Positions 1 to 11,967 are shown, counted from the whole stretch's first letter. The stretch is 62,777 bases of DNA, filler included, from Circinaria calcarea (GCA_051942165.1; 37 parts of 37 records of this genome joined end to end with filler, not necessarily neighbours in it); one strand, 5' to 3'. Notes: a model not told the origin generated them from the letters alone. Numbers and translations are program-made.

Positions 1-1320
1 GGGGGGGGAAATATATATGCTTCGAGCAAGGAGAGGACATAGTATGATTCTGCCGAAATAACAGCTAAGGTGTCTTGTAGATGGGTATGAAATATATGAA
101 GAGTCTTTCTGTGAGTGGGATTGGATCATAGGTTGACTACCGTAACATGTGGCTGAACCAACATTGGGAATACCTGATTTACCAATGATCGTAAAGAAAA
201 TCGATCGCTTTCTCACGTGATTCCGAGCAAGTCGGTATAGTTTTGGTATCTCACAGTGCCACTCTTCTTATCATGATGCTTTGCCACAAGGGCTATTTTA
301 TCTTCGTTATGATGTCATATTGCCGATGGGCCTAGGGGAGTCCAGAGCCGACAAAACGAGGAAGGAAGGATGGCATGCGAAGTCTCAGCCTAGATTATAC
401 TCGATTAATGTGGTGATGTCAATAGACTGATGCTTATATGATGCCCCGAGAAAGCTTCCATCAGAAAGGGCATTTTGACTTGAGATGGTATATGAAGAAT
501 TCTGGATGCCTTTGATCTAGACTATATTTTTGCTATGTACAATCAAAACAACCATAAGTGGACCCGGGAGAAGGAATATAGAGGTGTAATCAAGTGACTT
601 TCTGACTCGCGAAAATCTAAATGCAAAACGTTAGCTTTCATATCGGACACATACAACTATACAACGATGCCTGGAACAGAAACCACCCTCAGTGATCTTG
701 GTGTAAAAGGATTCTCATCTCCCGAAGGGATCAACTAAAAACATGTAGTTGTGTTTATAATCATTGGGCATGTTCGGACGAGTATTCGTAGAGTTGTGAA
801 CTTACCATGGGAGTAAGTTTTAAAGCTCGGGTTCCTCTTAAAGTAATCTGAAGAGTCCTAGCATAGAACTTGAAGTCCGCCTTAAGCTGGCCGGCACTAT
901 ATTCCTAGCCAAGCAGCCTATTAAATGAATGTTTGCCGCCTTGGTGAGGTTACAGTCTGAAATGATCCAGCAAGTCCAGCACGCATCTGTAGCTAATTCT
1001 AATCGTCAGCTTGCGAACCCATATTCAATTCGGAATACTGCAGTGGTACAAATGGTTGTGTTCAGGATATGTAAGAATAAATATCATGTCCTCAGCTCCG
1101 TATCGAGACCCCGGCGAGGGCCTCACGGAGCATGAGGTCAATCGCAAATTATAGCATCATTTAGAGAACGTTATTCATCTGCGTCGGGGCCTTCTACTTA
1201 CTAAATTATCAATTTCCATTAGGTCATGATAGAACAAGGACGGTATGAAGTCCAAGATGGTTTGGGAGAGAAAGAAGGATGGGTGGATGAAAATTGATTG
1301 CGGCCTCGGAAAAACGTAGA

Positions 1321-1338
1321 GCCCTAGGAATCTTAGCG
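1321..1338 (+). promoter_or_regulatory. Candidate ribosomal-protein promoter motifs (GCCCTAG, CTTAGCG) upstream of RPL14
   Basis: GCCCTAG at 1321-1327 and CTTAGCG at 1332-1338, about 140 bp before the ATG. They resemble motifs I recall from filamentous-ascomycete RP promoters. Both are short, so a chance match is possible. Confidence 0.35.
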
Positions 1339-1404
1339 CCCACAAAAGATTGCGAAATCAAGACCCGACAACGACCAAAGTTACGCTGATCAGATCAATA
1401 AAAA

Positions 1405-1460
1405 GTAAGCCCTATCCAAGGCCTTCACTCGCACAAGACTCAACTCTCACCTTACCACAG
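1405..1460 (+). other. 5'-UTR intron of RPL14
   Basis: GTAAGC donor at 1405, CTCAC branch point at 1446-1450, CAG acceptor ending at 1460, 11 nt before the ATG. Confidence 0.65.
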
Positions 1461-1471
1461 ATAGCGATAGG

Positions 1472-1597
1472 ATGGCAGAGGTCGAGGTTAAAGCAGCACA
1501 ATGGCGGCTGGTAGAGGTTGGGCGCGTCGTTCTCTTTACAAATGGGCCTCACACTGGTCGTCTTGCAACCATCGTCGAAATCATTGATCATAAGCGC
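1472..1597 (+). CDS. RPL14: 60S ribosomal protein L14 (eL14), first coding exon; 3'-partial
   Basis: [40 protein letters not shown] is the eL14 N-terminus. A GTATGT donor follows at 1598. Confidence 0.95.
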
Positions 1598-1611
1598 GTA
1601 TGTTTTCTGAG

Positions 1612-1711
1612 NNNNNNNNNNNNNNNNNNNNNNNNNNNNNNNNNNNNNNNNNNNNTTAATTAATTAANNNNNNNNNNNNNNNNNNNNNNNNNNNNNNNNN
1701 NNNNNNNNNNN
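1612..1711. other. Artificial contig linker (first of 36; the others start at about 3323, 5033, 6742, 8451, 10160, 11868, 13575, 15281, 16987, 18692, 20397, 22099, 23801, 25502, 27203, 28904, 30604, 32303, 34002, 35701, 37399, 39095, 40790, 42485, 44180, 45874, 47568, 49260, 50951, 52642, 54333, 56023, 57712, 59401, 61090)
   Basis: Identical N44-TTAATTAATTAA-N44 blocks (six-frame stop) recur about every 1.7 kb, the intervening segments shrink steadily in length, and genes are cut at the linkers. Confidence 0.99.
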
Positions 1712-2279
1712 TGTGGAGCCGGTGCAACGATAATGATGTTATCAAGATCTTCGGATTGCTCGGCCAGACTTGGCAGGTCGTGTCGCGAATTGATGCAGGG
1801 ATTACCGGTAGTAACCCGGCCAATCAACCGCGACCGTTGGATGTTTCAGTCACCAGGCGACAATCTAAGCTTTCCCCGGACAGCTTAATGCAGCATTCCC
1901 CGGTCCCCTCTTCCATCACCGGTCCTCTAGATACTCTCTAGAATTGTCATCGGCCGGGCCCTAGATCAACAAGCTTTGGCAGCTGCATACTCGTCTAGAC
2001 TATAGATCAGGCGAACTGCTCTGATATCTTACAGCTACTGGGCGACAGGTCTCAGTCATCTTGTTGGGATGCCTGAGTTTATGTGAAACTGCAGCAGGCT
2101 TGTGCGAGTGTTCAGGTGTATATCCATCATGCTTATGAAAAGTAATCTGTATCTATAAAAGAAGGTAAAAAGGGAAAAATCCAGACTGCTCTGCAGACCA
2201 CTGAAGGAACGAAAAGAAGAGAGAGATCTTGGCAATACATCAATCAAAAGTTTTCTAGCCGACATCATCATGGCTATCC

Positions 2280-3296
2280 TCAAAAAGCCAAATCACACAC
2301 CCAAAGTCCCTGATAGACCGACGTAGCGGCTGCCCCTGGATTGCGCGCGAAGGCACACCCAATCTGCGTGTATTTCTTACTGGTCAAGATGTCGTAATGT
2401 CCCGTGCTACTATATCTCATGTGTAAGATCTTCTCGACCAGATCGCATTGATTGACCCCTCCGGCACTCAGTTGGGGGTCGGAGCTGACTTCGCACAACC
2501 ATGCTACGTAAGACAGCTCGAAGGGGGTGTCGCCGCCCAAATCAACCACAGCTGTCGACATCCCGGGAGTGATGACCTGGGCGAAGGAGCCGGGGTTGAG
2601 TTGGTGGGTTTGAGTGACGCCGCCGCCGTCGGTACCGGTTTTGAGGGCATTTTTAGTGAGAACCGAGGACCAAGACAATTTAGGAAGGGAGTAAAGCTGA
2701 CGATATTTGTTGACGGTCGTCAGGAGGGAAACGCCACCGGACAGAGGTGAGCCGTCTGAAAGCGTTGACACGGAACTGGGTGCTGCAGCGGAGGGAGTCG
2801 ATGTAGGTACGTCCACGGTTTCAGAAGTTGTAGGTACGACCACGACCTCAGAAGTTGTGGGTACGACCACGACCTCAGAAGTTGTGGGTACGTCCACGAC
2901 TTCAGAAGTTGTGGGTACATCCACGACGTCAGTTTCCTCGTCTTCTGACGTGCTGATTGGAGTCGGCGAGACTACCGCAGGAATCGAACTCGTGGAAGAA
3001 GGCAATACGGTTGAAGTCACCATTCTGGTGGACATTCTGGTGGACCTTGGACGAGTGTGGTGCCAGTGACGATAAGCACCCGAGTAATAAGCTTTGTGCA
3101 CCTTGGCGATTGCGGATGTGCTGGTAGCAGTGGGCGCCTGGCCAAAGACGGTGACAGTGACAACTTGAGTCACGGCCACCTCCTCCGTAACTACATCCCT
3201 GACGATGTTTTTGAGTTGGAGCCTGTCGAACAGGCTCAATGGAGACCCTAAGACGCCCGCCGCGAAAAGGGCAAAAAGAGGGATCGAGGAATGCAT
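2280..3296 (-). CDS. Secreted CAP/SCP (PR-1-like) domain protein with Ser/Thr-rich linker
   Basis: Signal peptide MHSSIPLFALFAAGVLG, an S/T/V-rich stalk, then C-terminal LLTTVNKYRQLYSLPKLSWS...GHYDIL...IGCAF...WVCDL typical of the CAP fold. Single exon. Confidence 0.8.
   Translation of the reverse strand: MHSSIPLFALFAAGVLGSPLSLFDRLQLKNIVRDVVTEEVAVTQVVTVTVFGQAPTATSTSAIAKVHKAYYSGAYRHWHHTRPRSTRMSTRMVTSTVLPSSTSSIPAVVSPTPISTSEDEETDVVDVPTTSEVVDVPTTSEVVVVPTTSEVVVVPTTSETVDVPTSTPSAAAPSSVSTLSDGSPLSGGVSLLTTVNKYRQLYSLPKLSWSSVLTKNALKTGTDGGGVTQTHQLNPGSFAQVITPGMSTAVVDLGGDTPFELSYVAWLCEVSSDPQLSAGGVNQCDLVEKILHMRYSSTGHYDILTSKKYTQIGCAFARNPGAAATSVYQGLWVCDLAF
2821..2928. repeat. 27-bp coding tandem repeat, 4 copies plus a partial (VVxVPTTSE)
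   Basis: Unit TCAGAAGTTGT(G/A)GGTAC..CCACGAC starts at 2821, 2848, 2875 and 2902. Confidence 0.9.
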
Positions 3297-3877
3297 CTTC
3301 TTGTACAAGAGGCTGAATGTCANNNNNNNNNNNNNNNNNNNNNNNNNNNNNNNNNNNNNNNNNNNNTTAATTAATTAANNNNNNNNNNNNNNNNNNNNNN
3401 NNNNNNNNNNNNNNNNNNNNNNTCTCGACCCCATCCCCAAATGCCGATACCTTTTCTCACACGACCCGTTTTCCTCTCCATCTCACAGCATAGGAAGATG
3501 ATTTTCTAGCTGCTAGGAAGTAGAACAGGGGAGGGAGTGATAGGAGATGGGATGAATGGGAGAGTTGGATTTGGTCAAGGGTTGGGGGTAGGAGATGGCG
3601 CGGTGGGGGATGAAGCGGAAGATAGATTGGTTAGGAGAGGGAAGGGGATGGGGGCAGAACGGTGAATACAATCTTCTTCTTCGCTTCCCAAGGGAGCTGA
3701 TTGATTTCGTGATCATTCATAATGGCGCAAGCCAAGTACAAGCAAGCAAAAAGGTTACTTAAAACCTGGTTTGAAAGGGAGGCACTGATTGATACTGGTA
3801 GTAACACCATCACGGTTCGGTGATTCATTATCGAGATTTACAGAAAGAAACACTCTATACATATGCTATCCCCACGT

Positions 3878-5032
3878 TCAGAGACAGAGATCTCCCTCCA
3901 GGCCTTTTCCTTCCTTGGCGAGTTTCTCGCCCATTTCCCTCAACACGAATTTCTGAATCTTGCCGCTGGCGGTCTTGGGATAGGTAGAGATGGGGAAGAC
4001 GTATCTCGGTACTGCATGGTTAGGATATATGTCAGCTTTCCGATCTGTATCTACCTCTAAAGCGTTAGGTGCAAAACGACGAGCTTACCCAAATGATGAC
4101 TCAATCTCTCCTTGACCCAACTCCTCACATGTTCAACCGAGATAACCGCGTCCTTTCGAGGAGTTACAAACGCCGCAACCACTTCTCCATATCTCTCATT
4201 ACTCAAACCAACTACACTGGCTTCGACGATATCTGGATGTCCGAAGAGACAATTTTCAATCTCCAGGGGGTGAATATTCTCACCGCCACGGATGATGAGA
4301 TCCTTGATGCGGCCGGTGATTTTAATGTAACCATCTGCGTCCATTTCGGCCTCGTCGCCAGTCTGTTGTTTTGGGGTCAGTAAGGGTCCAAGAAAAAGGA
4401 TTCCGCAAGGACGTACGTGCATCCAGACCTTTCCTGTAGCGTCAGGAATCATGACTTCGGCGGTCTTGGCGGGATCGCCGTAGTATTCTTTCATGACAAG
4501 GTAGCCGCTCACGGCTAATTCTCCTCGTGCACCAATGGGTAAGATTTTTGTGCGGTCTGCAATTTCCACAATCTTAGCTTCGACGTGAGGAAGAAGCTTG
4601 CCCACGCTGTCAATACGCTTTTCGATAGGGTCATCTGTAGTTGTCATTGCAGAGACAGGACTGGTCTCTGTCATGCCATAGCAGATGGTGAGTTGCGTTA
4701 GATTGAGTTCCTTGTGCAGCTTTCGCATAAGTTCTGCAGGAATACTCGAGCCTGCAGCGATCCCCGTTCGTAAATGTTCGAAGCCCTCGCGAGAAACCGA
4801 TCCGTTATGCAAGAGCTCTAACTGTGCAGAAAACATTGTGGGAACCGAATACAATGCGGTGCACTTTTCTTCTTGAACACTCTTCAGGGTCGCAAGAGGA
4901 TTGAAGGCTTCCGATGGGAAAACAATTGCTGACCCGTGCGTTGCGGTGGCCATATACCCGAGAATGCATCCAAAGCAGTGAAATAATGGTGGAGGGCAGC
5001 AAACAACGTCACGCTCTGTAAGAAGCATGCGA
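3878..5032 (-). CDS. AMP-binding acyl-CoA synthetase (ACSF2-like), 5'-partial
   Basis: Motifs [35 protein letters not shown] and [10 protein letters not shown]. Introns at 4363-4416 (54 nt, in frame) and 4012-4088. Last exon VPRYVF...DLCL* ends at 3878. Confidence 0.92.
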
Positions 5033-7502
5033 NNNNNNNNNNNNNNNNNNNNNNNNNNNNNNNNNNNNNNNNNNNNTTAATTAATTAANNNNNNNNNNNN
5101 NNNNNNNNNNNNNNNNNNNNNNNNNNNNNNNNGGTTTGGGCAGGGTGGTGAAGGGGAGGGGATGGCGATGGTGAAGGGCGTTAAGGAAGGGATGAAGGGA
5201 AGTGCGAAAGGGAAGGGGAAGGGCGGGGAGAGGTGAGGAGGTTGAATGGGTACTGTGATGGAGCGTTGCTTTAGCAGTGTATCCAATTTTACCAATGGAC
5301 TCTTCTACAATAACGATGTGCCTGTTGACTTGCATTGCTAAAATCTATAATCGCATGGTTTCATCGTTCTCTACCGTCTCTAGGTCTTTCCAGATTGCTG
5401 ATTCCTTGTCACTGTGACTCCTGTCACTGCACCAACTATCTTGGACCGAGCTTGTATATATTGTTGGGCTACAATATCGCTGAAGGTTCTAATGCTCTCC
5501 CACTGCATTCCAACCGATGAATCCCTCAACTACTTCACCGCTCATGTCCGAGCACCACAAACTCTTCAGTCAATACTTCCACAACCCCCAATCGCCTTGA
5601 CAACTCCTCCCAAGTGATCATTTCCCTCAACTCCCCGACTTCTGTCTCACACCCTCCTCTTTATCCCCTTTGCCAGAACCACAATCATTTTCCTCCCGCG
5701 TCTCTTTCTTCTCCAAGTCTATTATAACCCTCTCCATCTGGTCTCACATCTAGCTCATCTACCTGGAATCCCTTTACCGTTCAACCCACTATATCTGAAA
5801 TCCCGTGTTTGCATAAACACCAACAGCTTGGAGAAAGCACCATCCAGGGTCCACCACGGTCGTGAGAGATAAAAACTGATAACTATAGTGGTAGCGGTGT
5901 AGATTTTGGTCAAGACCCAATACTCGCTATGGTATTAACTTGAATCTTGTCCGAAGACTCCATACTTGCAATGGTAGCAATGTGAGCTCTACCGAAAACC
6001 CAATCCTTGCCACGGTAGTACAGTCGTGACCCCTCTGGAGCGTAAGGTCTCCGGGTTAAATGATTGACGGGTTTACCAAATTTTACTCGATGATTGGCCG
6101 TAATAGACTGATAGACGTAACCTTGTTCACAGGGAGCATATGACTGAATGGTGGTCGATAGGATTGAATCGTAGACAAGCCTTGAGAGGTCTCTGCGGAA
6201 GACGTAATCTTCCTCCCTCCCATATACGGTCCAAGAGGGCAGAAGTCGAACCCGTCTCTAGGCAGAGCCTGGTTTCGTGGCGAGGGGACTGAGAGGAGGT
6301 AATAGCGTTTCAAAATGTCCTGGTTGGCAGGGTATTGTGGTAGTGTAATGAATCTAGTTGGATGTGAGAATCAGACGGGAGAAAGGCGGCGGGGGCATAA
6401 AGCAGCAAACAGCGTTGCGACCCGAGTACTGATACCCAGCCTTGTTGATCCGCCATGGACGAGACTGGACTTAAACTGAGCACCACGATCTCATCTGCAG
6501 GATATCAGTCTTGACCCGATCAGGTACCATTGTGAAATCCCATGGGCTCCCACTCTACTGTCAGCTCGGTATACCATATCAGTCAAAGACATGTCTAGAT
6601 GATAAACATTTTGGAGCTGATGCAAACATCACAGGCGCCATGTTAAAACTGTAATCCGCCAAAGGGGTATATAACCAACCTCCTCCTCCAAGGCACTCGT
6701 CCCATCCTCATGCTCGTTAACTCGTCCTTGCCATTCCCCTCNNNNNNNNNNNNNNNNNNNNNNNNNNNNNNNNNNNNNNNNNNNNTTAATTAATTAANNN
6801 NNNNNNNNNNNNNNNNNNNNNNNNNNNNNNNNNNNNNNNNNGCCCCCGGCGCGGGGCTATTTTCCCTGGCATCCCAAGTCGCAGGTCGCGGGTCGCGATG
6901 GCGGGTGTCTGAGAATTTCTGGCCCATTCGTCCCCGCCGGCCCTCTGGGGGTTCGAAAGAAGGAAGGATGAAGAAAAGAAAGGAAGAAGGGGAGGTCATG
7001 GTCCAGAGTAGGAAATGTCTCATATGTTGTAGTTTATCTGTCGTGGATGGACGGATGGATGGACAGGGACGGGGACGGGGATGGGGTTAGAGAAGCCCCG
7101 GGAAATGGGTAGGCTTTAAGGGGGGTGGTTGGGTGAAAAGATTGTTCAAAACTTCCAATGAGCCACCCATATCAGGTAAGCAAGCAAGCATCACAAACGA
7201 TGCCGCATGCGGAGGGAGATCAAACTTGGCTAGCCCTGGAATATGGTGAGTTGAGTCATGTTCGTCCCGCAACGCGCGAATCTCTTACAGGTTAAAGAAG
7301 AGCTAGCTGGCTGCCACGTTCGGAGATGAGTGTTGGAGATTCTAAAAGCAGCAAAGCAAACACATGTTTACTATAAAAGGTTGTCGGGATACAAACTTGG
7401 GGCCCATCAACAAGAAAAAGTCTCCAGGAGGACAAATGTAAAAGTTGGGGGTATGCCCTTTGCATCGGGAATCGTCTATTGTAAACCCCCCCTCTCCCCC
7501 CT

Positions 7503-8450
7503 TCATAGAGATATCTGGCTGGCAAGAGTCTCGGCGGCCAGTTGCTCCGACGCTCGTCTACTAGCATACCCACTATCGACCGATTCGTGAGCTTCCACAA
7601 TACTGGTGAGCGGCAAGAAATCCCATTCCTGCCGGGTCGCTTCCTTTCGTTTTCGGTGGTCGGCTTCACGTTGATACTCGTTCCAGTCATCCATCTCGTC
7701 GGCGGCAGGATGACACATGGCTTTCTCCATGCTGACTTGGCCGTTTTCGCGTTGCAGCTCGAAGATGTAATGCCACAGGTCCTTGCCCAGGATCTGTTTC
7801 AGGAGTACCCGATACCCTACTACCCGATGTCTGCTCAAAGCGGGATTGTAAGCTTTGGATTATTCAAAACAGACATAAACTTAAGTATAGGAATGCCTTT
7901 GAAAGACTCACAAGCCATCATATCTCAGTCCTGCCTTTGGTTGCCATCTCGACTGCAGGCGCCAGCTCCGTAGTAGACGTACCGGTTGTCGGGATGTAAC
8001 ATTGTTCATGAGCCTAAAGACACCTGGATCCGTCTGCGATGCTCTATATTTGATGGTGTCCTCACCTCTATCGTCAACCTCTTCATTTTCCGTCATGACG
8101 ATGGCGTAGGCAAAAGTTTGATCTGCAGTAATCCCGTGCATAGAACCATGTATGATCCCGTCGCGGTAGGCTGCAGCAGGCTCAATCCACCAACTACAAT
8201 TTCCTGTCAGCAGTCGCTACTTCTAATTCACCACAAGCTGTCCAGCTTACTTTCCGATATCAAATCCCATCGATCCCGACGAATACGCATAACCTGGGCC
8301 CTTGCCTCTCTTGACGCCCCAAAGTGGTTTCTTTTGCTTCCCTTTAGGATGTGGGTAGACCTCCATCGACTTATCCCGCTGGGCGTTGGGACCGGCTTCG
8401 CCAGTTTCATCGGCTTCATCCAAGTCTTTTAACATGGTCAATCCTTCCAA
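7503..8450 (-). CDS. SRA-YDG (SAD/SRA) domain protein, 5'-partial, 3 visible exons
   Basis: Removing introns 8194-8250 (GTAAGC..CTGAC..TAG) and 7831-7911 (GTGAGT..CAG) joins three ORFs into ...GFDIGNWWIEPAAAYRDGIIHGSMHGITADQTFAYAIVMT...DDRGEDTIKY...QPVRLLRSW..SRWQPKAGLRYDGLHRVVGY...YIFELQRENGQ, which follows the SRA-YDG consensus (PVRxxR...PxxGxRYDGLY). Confidence 0.8.
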
Positions 8451-9158
8451 NNNNNNNNNNNNNNNNNNNNNNNNNNNNNNNNNNNNNNNNNNNNTTAATT
8501 AATTAANNNNNNNNNNNNNNNNNNNNNNNNNNNNNNNNNNNNNNNNNNNNGGATTGCGGTATAGAGTTGGTCTTGGGGGAAGGCAGGAAAAAGGGAGTAA
8601 GGGATTTGGAAGCTCCTTGGGAGGGGGGAATGGGGATTTGATTCCTTCAGTAGTCGAATGGCCCGGTGACTGGGTATTTTTCCCATCTAAGCTGACTACT
8701 AGCGACAACGGGTTCGAGAAATCTGCAATGTCCATTGACGGTGATTTTGTTCCCGAGCTTGAGGAAGCCCTCTGTCCTTTTCTGTTCATCAAGCTTCCGA
8801 GTATTTTTTTCCAGTTGTCCCCAGAACTTTCGGGTCTGAGATCTTTTGGCTCTCGCAGCGTGTGCAAGGTGCTTTTTGCTTCACGCCCTGCAGATGGTCA
8901 CTTTCGCACAATCTGGTTTTTTGTCGTCTTCGTTTCTGCCGTAAATTCAAGCCTTCCAATAATGCAGCCGGTTGCAAGTGCGGAGCTCCACATGGCCAAG
9001 ACAGTACTGCTCCACACTCCACTCCACTGCAGTATAGTATAGTTCTCCGCACTGCCCCGGCTGCACCATTGGCGGCCTGATGTGGTTATTAGATTCACCT
9101 TGTGCCTAGAACCTTGAATGAGATAAATCCATCGCCTCATTCTAAACAGTCCACTTGC

Positions 9159-9465
9159 CTTGATCCAACGAGTATAGACCCGTCCAGCTCGTCCCGGAAC
9201 CCCTCTAGCATCTTTTACAAAGTCTCAATTTCATATCTGCTCCAATTACTTTTCAATGCCTGCCTCAAGCTCTGCCATTTTCCTCTTCTTTCCCTGTACT
9301 TTGAGCTTTTTCAAAGCTGTAAGTAGCTTCTTGGGCTACATCGTTGCAGCCTTGACAAAGATCCCTCAGTGCTTGATCCTCTTTCGTGATGGACTGCTTT
9401 GAGCTATCTTGAAGACTCTTAATTAGGTTCAGAAGATCCTTTATGGTTACTTTAGTATCAATGTT
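9159..9465 (-). pseudogene. Degenerate N-terminal (HeLo-like/SesA-type) domain of a fungal NACHT/STAND (NLR) gene
   Basis: Minus strand reads ..DQALRDLCQGCNDVAQE/LLTALKKLKVQGKKR/KWQSLRQALKSNWSRYEIETL*KMLEGFRDELDGSILVG. This needs two frameshifts and has one in-frame TAA. A GCAAGT donor-like site follows. Confidence 0.7.
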
Positions 9466-9941
9466 CTCAGAAAAAGTGAGCCGTCAGCAGACTTTATATC
9501 CGATGCGCTTCGGAAATGATTCTGCTGCTCAAGTCGAATAAATGGAACGGTACTATCAACTAGCCCAATTACTGTATAGGGATCGAGAACCATGCTACCA
9601 GTTCCCTGTAGGTATAGCAGACTGCATTTCTATCAATCGTTATCACATATGTAGTAATTGACGGTCGATTCAACGAGTTATTTGTTCAGCCATATTTTAT
9701 ATCACGTACTAGGTAAAATAAGTCTCTATCAATCAAAAATCATAAAGGATTCCTGTGAGCCTTAAACGGGCCTCGCCATCGCTGCCGCTTTCACGTATGT
9801 GTATGATGCGTGTTCCCTTGAATCGTATATCATATCTACACCTATTTAAGAGGGTGCTACGTATCATCGAGTAAGAGAAAAATTATATGATGTAGCCTAG
9901 CATCTAGAGATATACCTAAAGAACATTGGTGATCCGTGCAA

Positions 9942-10159
9942 TCATGTCACTACCCTCGCCTTGAATTGAAGGAACGGCCCTTCCCTGGCTGAACCCCAGT
10001 GGTCATAGAGTTGGTACGCATCCACCCGGTGGCGACCGTGGTCACGCGACGGATGCCCTTCGCCGATATGACCCAGCGGGCCGTCAGGGATCTTGAAGTC
10101 GGCGAGCCAGAGCACACGCGCCACCGTGAGCATCATCTCCACGTATGCCAAATTCATCG
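9942..10159 (-). CDS. Cytochrome P450, C-terminal end (after the heme Cys)
   Basis: MNLAYVEMMLTVARVLWLADF...GEG..GRHR...YQLYDHWGSAREGPFLQFKAR matches the post-heme tail of fungal CYPs. The heme motif itself is off-contig. Confidence 0.75.
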
Positions 10160-10259
10160 NNNNNNNNNNNNNNNNNNNNNNNNNNNNNNNNNNNNNNNNN
10201 NNNTTAATTAATTAANNNNNNNNNNNNNNNNNNNNNNNNNNNNNNNNNNNNNNNNNNNN

Positions 10260-11514
10260 GGGTGCTGCTGGTGGTAGAGGGAGGAATGCGGTGGGGTGTC
10301 GCGACGGTTTGGGCGCGTTGGTAGGGGAGACGGAGTGTGGCGCTTGGGTCGTGCGTCAGGGGAGGTCCGTCAGTGTTGCGGGACGAGGATGAGGGGAGAA
10401 AGGAGGGAGTGTCGTCTTCGTCATCTTCGTCTGCAGAGGAGAGGATACTTTGATGCATTCCAGGCTTTGGGACGGAGTAGCGGGGACGCCGGGGAAAGGC
10501 ACGACTACGGGATAGAGGAGCTCGATGGTCGTCTTCTGCAGAGGATAAAGAAGAGCTGCTGGAGGAATCTAGAGCAACCGGTGGAGACTGGGGACTCCGA
10601 CGAATATCCTGACTCTGGCGTTTGGAGTCTGCAGTTGCTTGAGGGGTAGGGCGTTCTGTTTCTAAGGATAGCCTGGATGGCTTGGGACTAGACTCGCGTC
10701 CGAGCTGGATGTTTGAAGCACGCTTTTGCGCTCGGTAAACTGTGTTGGTGGATGATGTACGTGAGATTGATGGAGCTGGTGGAAGAGATTAGATGGGGTT
10801 ACCGTCGATCAAATATAGAAGCATACCCTTTGTTTGGATAGGTGTTCCAGGGGTACCATCTTCGCCTTTAGGAATCGGACTATCTCGTGCCCTGAAAGAT
10901 AATGAAGAGGGTACTCGTGATCCTAAAATGTCAATGTACAGTATTACACTCTTAAAATAAGGAATGACTTACCACCACTCCCTCCTCTCCTCATGGGTTG
11001 GCCGCCGGTCATAGCACTGCCAGTGATGGACGGAGGCGTAGGAGAAGCACCACTCGAAGTGGGTCTATTGACTTTCCGCAGTTGTTCTCGGACTTGAGCG
11101 AGCTGCCGCTCATACAGCCAGGCAGCCTGCTGCAAGAGAAATGGAAGAGATACATCGAACTGGTCAGCCCTAATGAGAAAATCAGCGATCAAACCATGTA
11201 TGTGGGTAGAACAAGCCATACAGTGCAGGCCCTGACCAGAATCAGCATATGGGGGTCTGGTATTCGAACCAACCGTAGGACAAGTACTCACAGTCTATCT
11301 CGGTTCCTTTGGAAGCCGAGGACAAGACTTTCCATAGCGACCGGTCTTTTGAAGAATCCCAGTGGACCTATTCCACCATAAGTATACGCGTCAGGAACGT
11401 TTTTTGGGCGAGTCATACAGTTGGGGGATCAACGAAATCACCGCGAGGAATAGGGACTCGAATAAAAACAGTATATCGGGTTTCTGGACCTTGCCTCTCC
11501 ACGGCGTGTGCCAT
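10260..11514 (-). CDS. ATG29: Autophagy-related protein 29, multi-exon, 3'-partial
   Basis: Spliced MAHAVERQGPETRYTVFIRVPIPRGDFVDPPT|VHWDSSKDRSLWKVLS..EID|WPAL|ADQFDVSLPFLLQQAAWLYERQLAQVREQLRK is the Atg29 N-terminal domain, followed by a Ser-rich tail. Confidence 0.9.
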
Positions 11515-11967
11515 ACTTTTTTCTCTTGCAGGAACTTTGGTAAATAACTTTCCAGTAGATGAAGATCAGAGTCAAGATGAATGGTCACTTGTCATTTTTG
11601 AGATGAGAAGCAATTATCCCGTTGTATGTGTGTTCCTCCATTGTATTCGGGAACAAATAGTTGAGAGCCTACCTGAACCCTCAGAAGCGGATGATCACCC
11701 TCGCTTCCTTCTTTCCCCCGTAGATTGAGCACTCACCTCGTCACAGGGGAAAGATTTCCATGACAGCGGACATGGTGTATTCAAGGCCAATGAACATCTC
11801 CTTTTGGTCGATTTAATTATCGAGGCAACAAACTAAGTAGTCCACCATGCTCATCGACCACCTCAACNNNNNNNNNNNNNNNNNNNNNNNNNNNNNNNNN
11901 NNNNNNNNNNNTTAATTAATTAANNNNNNNNNNNNNNNNNNNNNNNNNNNNNNNNNNNNNNNNNNNN

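Noticed and set aside
5133..6741. Short ORFs and a possible gene tail at 5133-5235
   Set aside because: Low-complexity purine tract and intergenic DNA. Only a TATATAA near 6668 hints at a promoter, and no protein is recognisable.
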